From an uncultured Clostridia bacterium (GTDB taxonomy: Bacteria > UBA6262 > WVXT01): DNA of 32,495 bases. Positions 17,617 through 25,088 of the stretch are shown in pieces. Position 1 is the stretch's first letter. Each line of letters opens with the position of its first letter. A model generated the notes under the pieces. The model searched no databases. It saw only the letters and a list, made by a program, of their open reading frames with translations, and was not told the origin of the DNA. The stretch is from positions 1 to 32,495 of the forward strand of contig CAZTSA010000002.1 of the NCBI GenBank assembly GCA_964616885.1, in the 5' to 3' direction. The position numbers and the translations under genes are program-made.

Positions 17617-19860
17617 GTGGATAATTTGAAAATGATGCAGAGAAAATCAATATTTTTGTTTTTTTTCTTTATAGTTTTTCTTTCAGGTTATCTCTTTTCT
17701 GACCCCGTACAGATAAGACAGATTGAGATAACTGGGAATAGGAATGTGCAAACTAAGAAAATATTGAAAGCTCTGGATATAAAAAAGGGCGATGAATATT
17801 CAGAAGAAGCAGTAAGTGAGGGCTTGCAAAACATATACGAACTTGGTTTTTTTGAGAATATTGAAATTGAAGTTACTGAGGTCGAGGGAGGGGTAAATGT
17901 TACCTACATTGTGACGGAGAAGCCCCTGATTAAACGAATAGAATTTAAGGGGAATGAAGAGTTTTCTAATAGTAAATTAGAAAAGGAAATAGAGTCGAAA
18001 GAGAACGAATCCTTTGATAATAGAAAAATGCAAGAAGATGCTGAGAAGATTGTTACTCTCTATAAGGAGAAAGGCTATGCGGATGTGAAAGTTGAACCCT
18101 ATACAGCGGTAGATGAAAAGAGTGGTATGCTGATAGTGACATTCTTCATTACAGAAGGTGCACAAATCAGGATAGGGAAAGTCAATTTAGTCGGGGTAGA
18201 AACATTCGACACAAAAAAGATAAAGAAAAAAATGAAGACTAAGAGGAAGAAATTTTTTAAACAGGAACTGCTGGACGAGGACCTGAAAATGATAGAAGCT
18301 TATTACAAAACCAGAGGGTTCCTGAAAGTTAACCTGGGAACACCTATAGTCATTTATGATGAGCAGAGAACGCAGATTTTTGTTACCCTTTTTGTTTACG
18401 AAGGTTTGAAATATACAGTTGGAGATGTACGATTCCAGGGCAATTATGTATTTAATGCAGAGGAGCTGGAAAGGGAGTTTGAACTGAAAAAGGGAGAGAT
18501 TTTCAGTCAGGCAAAGTTCGAGACGAGCCTGTCTAATATTCAGGAACGGTATGCGGAAAAAGGGTATATCCGGATGCGTTTCAACCCGGAATACCTTGCC
18601 GATGATGAGAGAAAGGAAGCAGATATCCTGATATCTATAGATGAGGACGGGGTAGTCTATATTGACCGAATCTATGTAGAAGGGAATGTTATCACTAAAG
18701 ACTATGTAATTAGACGGGAGTTCCTGGTAAGGGAAAGAGATCCCTTCGATGTCAAGAAGATAAGGCGGACACAGGAAAAGTTGTATAATCTGGGCTTTTT
18801 CTCGGATGTTGTAATTGAGATTGGTGAAACTAATGACCCTAATAAAGCAGACCTTATGTGCCAGGTAACCGAGCAAAGGACAGGATTACTCAGTATCGGG
18901 GCAGGGTACAGCTCACAAGATGGACTCTTAGGGACCTTTCAAATTACTCAGAGTAACCTTTTTGGTAGAGGGCAGAGATTGGATTTAATGCTGGAGTTCG
19001 GTAAGAAAAAGACCAATTACCAGCTGGGTTTCACTGAACCGTGGTTTTTGGGAAGGCATGTCCTTTTTGGTGTCGATGTCTACAATACAGACAGAGACAG
19101 AGACTACTATAGAGAGAGGAGAACTGGGGGAGATATCAGAATGGGTCCCCATCTAACAGATATTCTCAGTCTCTACTTCACTTACACGTATGAACGGGTA
19201 AAAATATACGACGCCATCTCTGACTTCGAAATTTATGAAGGGAAAAAGGATAGCAGTAATTTTACCACTTATCTCGTAAGAGACAGCAGGGATAATATAT
19301 TTGACGCTTCCAGAGGTTCCCGCAATTCTATCTCTTTTGAGTTCTCTGGGGGTATTCTGGGAGGGGATACCGATTTCGTTAAGACTTCTGTCTCCAGCAG
19401 TTGGTATTTCCCCACATTCTGGAGATTTGTCCTGGCAGCCCAATTGAGGTATGCCATTGTCAGCAGTTTCCCTCCCTCTACAGGAGTGCCAATTTATGAA
19501 CGGTTCTATGTGGGCGGAGCCGATAGCGTGAGAGGCTATGATTACAGAGAGATTGGCCCTCCCGACGGAGGCGTGATAATGTTTGTGAGTAATATTGAAT
19601 ATAAGTTTCCCATAGTTATGGAGAAAGGTGGCACGGTTTTACAAGGAGCACTCTTTATTGATATGGGAGGAAGCTGGAGTAAAAGAGATGTGAACTTTAC
19701 CATAGGCGACAATCTTAATCAATTGAAGGTTGGGATAGGAGCGGGAATCCGGTTCAAAACCCCTATTTTCCCCGTCCGTCTTGATTGGGGATATGGATTA
19801 AATCATAGACCCGGAGAAGACAAATCCCAATGGTATTTCACAATAGGTCAGTCCTTCTAA
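17617..19860 (+). CDS. bamA: Outer membrane protein assembly factor BamA (Omp85)
   Basis: 747 aa with a signal peptide (SIFLFFFFIVFLSGYLFS), repeated POTRA-like modules and a C-terminal beta-barrel ending in the aromatic beta-signal ...YFTIGQSF. The true start may be TTG 17626 or ATG 17632/17635 rather than GTG 17617. Confidence 0.9.
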   Translation: MDNLKMMQRKSIFLFFFFIVFLSGYLFSDPVQIRQIEITGNRNVQTKKILKALDIKKGDEYSEEAVSEGLQNIYELGFFENIEIEVTEVEGGVNVTYIVTEKPLIKRIEFKGNEEFSNSKLEKEIESKENESFDNRKMQEDAEKIVTLYKEKGYADVKVEPYTAVDEKSGMLIVTFFITEGAQIRIGKVNLVGVETFDTKKIKKKMKTKRKKFFKQELLDEDLKMIEAYYKTRGFLKVNLGTPIVIYDEQRTQIFVTLFVYEGLKYTVGDVRFQGNYVFNAEELEREFELKKGEIFSQAKFETSLSNIQERYAEKGYIRMRFNPEYLADDERKEADILISIDEDGVVYIDRIYVEGNVITKDYVIRREFLVRERDPFDVKKIRRTQEKLYNLGFFSDVVIEIGETNDPNKADLMCQVTEQRTGLLSIGAGYSSQDGLLGTFQITQSNLFGRGQRLDLMLEFGKKKTNYQLGFTEPWFLGRHVLFGVDVYNTDRDRDYYRERRTGGDIRMGPHLTDILSLYFTYTYERVKIYDAISDFEIYEGKKDSSNFTTYLVRDSRDNIFDASRGSRNSISFEFSGGILGGDTDFVKTSVSSSWYFPTFWRFVLAAQLRYAIVSSFPPSTGVPIYERFYVGGADSVRGYDYREIGPPDGGVIMFVSNIEYKFPIVMEKGGTVLQGALFIDMGGSWSKRDVNFTIGDNLNQLKVGIGAGIRFKTPIFPVRLDWGYGLNHRPGEDKSQWYFTIGQSF

Positions 19861-19871
19861 GAATCGGAATC

Positions 19872-19897
19872 TTTTGGAGTCCTCCCGAAAGGGAGGA
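19872..19897. repeat. GAAA-tetraloop hairpin module shared with 24953-24978
   Basis: TTTTGGAGTCCTCCCGAAAGGGAGGA here versus TTTTGGAGTCCGCCCGAAAGGGCGGG at 24953-24978. There are three differences. Two of them are the two sides of one stem base pair (T:A versus G:C). Confidence 0.65.
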
Positions 19898-19925
19898 ATA
19901 ACCTTGTTTCAGCAAGGAGTCCAGC

Positions 19926-20510
19926 ATGAAAAAAATTTTGTTTTTCTTTTTCCTTTTTTACCTTTTCTATTTTTTCCCTTCCACACTTACGGGCGTAAGA
20001 GCAGTAATGCTTTCCTCGGAAAGAATCGCTTACGTAGACATAGAAAGAATATTTAATGAATATAAAAGTACTAAACAAGCGAAAGAAAGGATTGAAAGAG
20101 AAATTAAGTCGAGGAGGAACGAGATAACCACCCTGGAAAAGGAAATAAGAGAGCTGGAACTTGCCAGCAAAGAGAGGCAAAGGGTGGAGCCAGTAGCTAT
20201 TACTGGGCTGGTCGGAGAGGAGAAGATAGAAATTTCTACCGCTCCAGTTGTACGCGAACAACTGCCTGAAGAAGCAATTAGACTAAAGAAGAAAAGACTT
20301 GATGAACTGACAGAGAAGACAGGACAGGAGTTAGCCAGGCTCGAGGAAGAGATAACTCGCCAGATTTTGGGAAAGATTTACGATGTGGTTAAGGAAATTG
20401 CCCAGGCTGAAGGTTATGCTGTTGTCCTGGACAAGAAAAATGTCTTGTATAGCGCAATGGATAATGACCTTACGGAAAAGGTCATAAAGAAATTGAATTT
20501 AAGTGAGTAG
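19926..20510 (+). CDS. skp: OmpH/Skp-family periplasmic chaperone
   Basis: 194 aa with a signal peptide and a lysine/glutamate-rich coiled-coil body. It occupies the canonical position between bamA and lpxD. AAGGAG lies 8 nt upstream. Confidence 0.75.
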   Translation: MKKILFFFFLFYLFYFFPSTLTGVRAVMLSSERIAYVDIERIFNEYKSTKQAKERIEREIKSRRNEITTLEKEIRELELASKERQRVEPVAITGLVGEEKIEISTAPVVREQLPEEAIRLKKKRLDELTEKTGQELARLEEEITRQILGKIYDVVKEIAQAEGYAVVLDKKNVLYSAMDNDLTEKVIKKLNLSE

Positions 20511-20577
20511 GAATGTGCTCGGCCTTGCTTTCGCAAGGAGTCCGTAAGGAAGAATTTGTTGAACGCGGGGTGGGTTA

Positions 20578-21606
20578 ATGGGAATGACTTTAAAGGAAAT
20601 TGCTGAGGTTGTTAACGGCCAGCTCTCGGGTGATGGCAATCTGGTCATTGAAGGAGTGGGTAGTCTGACTGAAGCAAAGAAGGGTGAGATTACTTTCCTG
20701 GCAAGCCCCAGATACAGGAGTAAGGTATCTGAGACCAAAGCTTCAGCTATTATCATTGGGGAGGAAATTGAGCTACCAAAAATTCCTTCGGTAAGAACAA
20801 AAAATCCCTATTTAGCTTTTTCTCGAATAATCAATCTATTGGTTCCTCCCAAAAGACCAGCTGCTGGAATAGACAAGACCGCCATTCTTGGCAAGGGAGT
20901 AAAATTGGGTGAGGATATTGCGATTGGAGCTTACGTAGTTATTGGAAATGGCGTGGTGATTGGAGACAGGACTGTAATTTTTCCGGGGACTTACATCGGA
21001 GATAAAGTGGTAGTGGGGAAGGACGCGCTACTCTATTCTAACGTTACAGTGAGGGAAGAAGTTATTATAGGCGACAATGTGATTATTCACCCGGGTGCAG
21101 TAATTGGTTCGGATGGCTTTGGTTATGCGACTGAAAAGGGAAAACACCATAAGGTTCCCCAGGTAGGAACTGTTGAAATTGAAAATGGCGTGGAAATTGG
21201 AGCAAATGTTACCGTCGACCGGGCAACCCTGGGGAAGACCACCATTGGTGAGGGGACGAAAATTGATAATCTTGTCCAGATTGGACATAATGTTAGAATA
21301 GGCAAAAATTGCCTCATAGTTTCTCAGGTAGGTATCTCTGGCAGCACCGAGGTAGGCGATAATGTAATCCTGGCTGGCCAGGCAGGTCTGGTTGGCCACA
21401 TTACCATTGGCAATAATGCGATTGTTGGTGCGCAGGCAGGGGTTACCAAAAGTGTGCCAGCCAATACCATTGTTTCTGGCTATCCAGCCCGTGAACACAG
21501 GAAAGCGAAAGAGATAAATGCTCAATTGAATAGATTACCAAAACTGTATGAAGAGATAAAAGGGCTAAAACAAGATATAGAGAAAATAAGAAAGAAGATA
21601 AAGTAA
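20578..21606 (+). CDS. lpxD: UDP-3-O-acylglucosamine N-acyltransferase
   Basis: 342 aa with an N-terminal uridine-binding domain ([10 protein letters not shown]...), left-handed beta-helix hexapeptide repeats, and the GSDGFGYA and QIGHNV catalytic His contexts. Confidence 0.9.
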   Translation: MGMTLKEIAEVVNGQLSGDGNLVIEGVGSLTEAKKGEITFLASPRYRSKVSETKASAIIIGEEIELPKIPSVRTKNPYLAFSRIINLLVPPKRPAAGIDKTAILGKGVKLGEDIAIGAYVVIGNGVVIGDRTVIFPGTYIGDKVVVGKDALLYSNVTVREEVIIGDNVIIHPGAVIGSDGFGYATEKGKHHKVPQVGTVEIENGVEIGANVTVDRATLGKTTIGEGTKIDNLVQIGHNVRIGKNCLIVSQVGISGSTEVGDNVILAGQAGLVGHITIGNNAIVGAQAGVTKSVPANTIVSGYPAREHRKAKEINAQLNRLPKLYEEIKGLKQDIEKIRKKIK

Positions 21607-21683
21607 ACCGGGTTGGGTCGGTCAACCCTTTCAGGAATGTAGCTGCAGAATGGTCACGATTAGGTTTTGCATAGATTGAATCT

Positions 21684-21729
21684 GTGCCTACAACGGGAGG
21701 GAAATTTGTAGGCACGGTTTTAACCGTGC
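21684..21729 (+). other. Two overlapping, mutually exclusive stem-loops in the lpxD/lpxC-fabZ spacer
   Basis: GTGCCTACAA (21684-21693) pairs with TTGTAGGCAC (21706-21715). GCACGGTT (21712-21719) pairs with AACCGTGC (21722-21729). The two structures share GCAC. The SD AAGGAGG follows directly. Confidence 0.3.
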
Positions 21730-21747
21730 AAAAAAGGAGGAAATTTC

Positions 21748-23061
21748 GTGGATTTACAAAGAACCATAAAAAAAGAGAGCACTTATTCGGGAATAGGGTT
21801 ACACACAGGGAACATAACTTCAGTGACATTCAAGCCAGCGCCGCCCAATTCTGGCATAAAATTCGTAAGGTCGGATCTACCAGGCAGGCCCGAAGTTGAA
21901 GCTAATATAAAGAACGTTATAAGTGTAGCCAGAGGAACCACTCTGGGCAATGACAGTTTCCATATTCAGACGGTAGAGCATATTATGGCTACTTTATGCG
22001 GTTTGGGTATAGATAATCTTGTCGTTGAAGTGAACGCTGATGAGCCGCCTGTGGCTGATGGTAGCGGGATGGCTTTTGTAGAGACTTTGGAAAAGGCTGG
22101 TTTTGAGGAACAGAATACAGAGAAAGACTACTTTGTCATAACTGAGCCTGTCAGGTTTTCTAACGAGGATGTACATCTGGTTGTCCTGCCGTCGGAAGAA
22201 TTTAAAGTATCTGCTACCATCGATTACAAGCATCCCATTTTGAAGAGTCAATATGGCTCGTTCACTATAACTAAAGAAATTTTCGAAAAGGAGATTGCTC
22301 CAGCTAGGACATACTGCTTTGAGCACGAAATCGAATCACTAAAGCGCCGCGGGTTGGCTCGTGGGGGAAGTCTGGACAATGCAGTAGTAATTGGGCAGAA
22401 CGGTATTCATAATAAGGACCTCAGATTTGGTGATGAATTTGTTCGACATAAGATACTGGACCTAATAGGAGACATCTACTTGATTGGAAAGCCTATAAAG
22501 GCACACATCGTTGCTATTCGCTGCGGGCATGCTGCTAACATCGCTTTGACTAGAAAGTTGGGTGAAATCCTGGAGAGATCTACTGCTCGTCGGACGACCA
22601 GGATTTTTCAGGGAGAGGATTTTGGAGGAAAAGTTTTGGGTTTGGAAGAGATTCAGAGTATAATTCCGCACCGCCCTCCTTTCTTATTTGTGGATAAAAT
22701 AATCATGTCAGAAAATATGACGAAAGCAGTGGGATTTAAGAATTTAACAATCAATGAGGACTACTTCAGGGGGCACTTTCCTAACTATCCGATTTTGCCA
22801 GGCGTTCTAATTGTAGAATCAATGGCGCAGACCTCCTGCGTTCTCTTCTTGGCCCGTTCAGAACTCAGGAAGAAATTGCCCTATTTTATGGCGATTAAGG
22901 AGGTTAAATTTCGTAAGCCGGTTTTCCCTGGAGATCAGTTGCAGCTCGAGGTAGAAGTTACGCGAGCCAGGGTAAGGGGAGGTAAGATTCAAGGTAAGGC
23001 ATATGTCAGGAATGAGTTAGTGGCTGAGGCCGAATTTATGTTCTCGTTGGTAGACCGGTAG
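21748..23061 (+). CDS. lpxC-fabZ: Bifunctional UDP-3-O-acyl-GlcNAc deacetylase / 3-hydroxyacyl-ACP dehydratase (LpxC-FabZ fusion)
   Basis: 437 aa with a GTG start after AAGGAGG. LpxC motifs are GIGLHTG, TVEHIMA, HKILDLIGD and GHAAN. After a linker at about aa 280-295 come the FabZ motifs IPHRPPFLFVD and GHFPNYPILPGVLIVESMAQ. Confidence 0.9.
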   Translation: MDLQRTIKKESTYSGIGLHTGNITSVTFKPAPPNSGIKFVRSDLPGRPEVEANIKNVISVARGTTLGNDSFHIQTVEHIMATLCGLGIDNLVVEVNADEPPVADGSGMAFVETLEKAGFEEQNTEKDYFVITEPVRFSNEDVHLVVLPSEEFKVSATIDYKHPILKSQYGSFTITKEIFEKEIAPARTYCFEHEIESLKRRGLARGGSLDNAVVIGQNGIHNKDLRFGDEFVRHKILDLIGDIYLIGKPIKAHIVAIRCGHAANIALTRKLGEILERSTARRTTRIFQGEDFGGKVLGLEEIQSIIPHRPPFLFVDKIIMSENMTKAVGFKNLTINEDYFRGHFPNYPILPGVLIVESMAQTSCVLFLARSELRKKLPYFMAIKEVKFRKPVFPGDQLQLEVEVTRARVRGGKIQGKAYVRNELVAEAEFMFSLVDR

Positions 23062-23228
23062 ACTGGGCAGAGAAGGCTTCCCTATGAATGCATAGACGGC
23101 GGGAAGAGTTGTGGAGAAGGGAAAGTCTCAATTGAATTACTAAGCGAATTTTCTTAAAGGGGTAATGGAAAAGGGCAGTGGGTCAGATAAAAATAAGGAG
23201 CTGATATGTTACCAACTTTGGGGGGAAA

Positions 23229-24002
23229 ATGAACATTCACAAAACAGCTTTGGTTCATCCGGATGCCGTAATTGGAGAGGACGTAGACATCGGTCCATAT
23301 GCAATTATCGGGCCCGACGTAAAAATTGGCAAAGGTACTAAGATTGGAGCTCGTGTAGTAATCGAAGGGGATGCTCAAATTGGCCAAAATTGTCAGATAT
23401 GTACAGGAGCCATAATTGGAAATTTACCCCAAGACCTGAAGTATTCAGGAGAGGAAACCAAGGTTATAATTGGCGATAATAATATAATACGCGAGTATGT
23501 AACCATCAACCGGGGAACGACTTCTACAGGAGAGACGACGATTGGAGATAACAATCTCATAATGGCATATGCTCACATCGCCCATGACTGTGTGATTGGC
23601 TCTAACACAATTCTGGCTAACGTTGCTACTCTGGCTGGCCACGTGGTAATTGAAGATAAGGCTATTATAGGAGGGCTAACTCCAGTCCACCAGTTTGTCC
23701 GCATTGGTACATTGGCGATTGTGGGCGGGGGGTCTCGGGCAGCGAAGGACGTCCCTCCATATTGTATGGCAGCAGGCACACCCATCAGGATTTTTGGACT
23801 TAACACTGTAGGGCTACAAAGAAACAATTTTCCCAAGCATGTTAAGGCCCAACTGAAGAGAGCGTACAAGATTCTCTTTCGCTCAAAGTTGAACACTACA
23901 CAAGCTTTGAATGTCCTAGAAAAAGAGCCAAATATTTCAGATGAATTGCTTCATATGATTTCTTTTATCAAAGAATCCGAGAGGGGAATTTGCAAAGAAT
24001 GA
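23229..24002 (+). CDS. lpxA: Acyl-ACP--UDP-N-acetylglucosamine O-acyltransferase
   Basis: 257 aa with hexapeptide repeats, the catalytic His context MAYAHIAHDC and a C-terminal helical domain. Confidence 0.9.
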   Translation: MNIHKTALVHPDAVIGEDVDIGPYAIIGPDVKIGKGTKIGARVVIEGDAQIGQNCQICTGAIIGNLPQDLKYSGEETKVIIGDNNIIREYVTINRGTTSTGETTIGDNNLIMAYAHIAHDCVIGSNTILANVATLAGHVVIEDKAIIGGLTPVHQFVRIGTLAIVGGGSRAAKDVPPYCMAAGTPIRIFGLNTVGLQRNNFPKHVKAQLKRAYKILFRSKLNTTQALNVLEKEPNISDELLHMISFIKESERGICKE

Positions 24003-24826
24003 AGATGGTGAATCGAAAGATTGGGTTGATTGCTGGTAACGGAAGATTTCCTTTAATCTTTGCACGAGAGGCGAAAAGAGCAAGAGTAGAAGTAGTCGCT
24101 TTGGCGATAAAGAAGGAGACCAATCCCAGCCTGGAAAATTTGGTAGATAGAATCCACTGGGTCGATTTAGGACAATTAGGTGACCTGATTGAGATTTGTA
24201 AGAAGGAGGGGATAACCAGGGCGGTTATGGCCGGGCAGGTTAGACACACACGTCTTTTTAGCGAAGTGAAGCTGGATGCAAGAGCTATGGCGCTTTTGGC
24301 TGGAGTCAAAGATAAGAAAGCTAATTCCTTATTGGGAGCAGTGGCTGATGAGCTGTCTCGAGAGGGGATAGAACTGATAGATTCGGCTACCTACCTCTCT
24401 CACCTTTTGCCATCTCCCGGTATCTTGACTCGCCGCAAGCCTACGCAAAAAGAGTGGCGCGATATTGAGTTTGGTCATAAGATGGCTAAAGAGATCGCTG
24501 GCCTTGACATTGGCCAGACAGTGGTGGTTAAGGATCAAGCTGTTTTAGCAGTGGAAGGGATGGAGGGAACGGACCTCACTATAAAGAGGGGAGGGAAATT
24601 AGGCAGAGGAAATGTTGTTGTAGTGAAGGTGAGTAAGCCCCAGCAGGACAGGAGATTCGACCTTCCCATTGTGGGCGAGAGGACAATACAGGTGCTGAAA
24701 GAGGCTAAGGCAAGGGTTCTTGCCTTTAGCGGGCGAAGCACAATATTATTGGATAGAGATAAAGTGGTCAAAAGTGCCAACAAAAATGGCATTTCGTTGG
24801 TGGCAATAAAAGAAGAGAAAAGTTAG
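23999..24826 (+). CDS. lpxI: UDP-2,3-diacylglucosamine diphosphatase LpxI (DUF1009)
   Basis: The N-terminus KIGLIAGNGRFPLIFAREAK is typical of LpxI. The tracked ORF begins at TTG 23990, but ATG 23999 forms an ATGA overlap with the lpxA stop. It lies between lpxA and lpxB. Confidence 0.8.
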   Translation: MKMVNRKIGLIAGNGRFPLIFAREAKRARVEVVALAIKKETNPSLENLVDRIHWVDLGQLGDLIEICKKEGITRAVMAGQVRHTRLFSEVKLDARAMALLAGVKDKKANSLLGAVADELSREGIELIDSATYLSHLLPSPGILTRRKPTQKEWRDIEFGHKMAKEIAGLDIGQTVVVKDQAVLAVEGMEGTDLTIKRGGKLGRGNVVVVKVSKPQQDRRFDLPIVGERTIQVLKEAKARVLAFSGRSTILLDRDKVVKSANKNGISLVAIKEEKS

Positions 24827-24847
24827 AAACCGACAGAAGTAATAAAT

Positions 24848-24895
24848 GTAGTGTAGCCCTTTATGGGCGTAATGTAGTGTAGCCCTTGTGGGCGT
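24848..24895 (+). repeat. Tandem pair of the GTAG-headed 23-nt unit
   Basis: GTAGTGTAGCCCTTTATGGGCGT (24848-24870), AAT, then GTAGTGTAGCCCTTGTGGGCGT (24874-24895). Confidence 0.8.
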
Positions 24896-24913
24896 ATAAG
24901 GAAACTAGGAATT

Positions 24914-25030
24914 AAAAGATAGTTTGCTCATCGCTAAGGAATTTTCAACTTGTTTTGGAGTCCGCCCGAAAGGGCGGGATGAATTTGACCCCCGATTTCA
25001 TCGGGGGACTCTATACGGTAAATTATCTTT
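24914..25030 (+). repeat. Copy C (short variant) of the interrupted-palindrome element
   Basis: It starts AGGAATTAAAAGATAGTTTGCTCATC..AAGGAATTTT, like copy B. It contains the CCGCCC-GAAA-GGGCGG hairpin (24962-24977) and the CCCCCGAT-TTC-ATCGGGGG hairpin (24989-25007). It ends in ...AATTATCTTT. Confidence 0.7.
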
Positions 25031-25088
25031 GAAATGGATTAACTCTTAGGTAACTGCTCAGATTCATCGGAGCGTTCTGGAGACAAAA

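Noticed and set aside
17598-17624. 8-codon upstream ORF (MLKKWWSG*) overlapping the annotated GTG start of bamA.
   Set aside because: It is very short with a weak and badly spaced SD. It is more likely to reflect uncertainty in the bamA start (TTG 17626 or ATG 17632/17635) than a leader peptide.
17651-17690. T-rich homopolymer runs (T8) in the bamA signal-peptide coding region, with similar runs in skp (19930-19980), considered as phase-variation tracts.
   Set aside because: They encode Phe/Leu-rich signal peptides in an AT-rich genome. Both genes are essential housekeeping genes, which makes slippage-based switching implausible without population data.
18187-18876. 229-aa antisense ORF inside bamA. 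Similar antisense ORFs lie at 21028-21525 (lpxD), 29161-29622 (nfeD), 31054-31479 (floA), 15254-15649 and 15725-16147 (tamB), and 1471-1941 (lnt/prfB).
   Set aside because: Each lies entirely opposite a well-supported + strand gene. Their composition is low-complexity or Cys/Phe/Leu-rich, as expected for reverse frames of AT-rich coding DNA. The lpxD case mirrors the hexapeptide repeats. None has a recognisable motif or a convincing RBS.
20512-20522. An identical 11-mer AATGTGCTCGG directly after the skp stop and again directly after the floA stop (32110-32120), with the related TATGTGCTAGG at 7545-7555.
   Set aside because: Identical 11-mers are expected by chance many times in a 32-kb window, and the flanks do not align further. 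It is not enough to call a motif without a genome-wide count.
23165-23335. About 56-codon ORF starting in the 167-nt fabZ-lpxA spacer and running out of frame into lpxA.
   Set aside because: It is below the ORF-track threshold and overlaps the lpxA N-terminus in another frame. Its composition is Arg/Cys/Trp-rich, typical of off-frame translation. The purine-rich spacer shows no clear structure either.
24848-24895. Direct repeats of 22-23 nt that might suggest a mini CRISPR array.
   Set aside because: There are only two units, separated by 3 nt with no spacer-sized interval. There are no cas genes, and the same unit occurs inverted at 33-55. This fits a REP-like element, not CRISPR.
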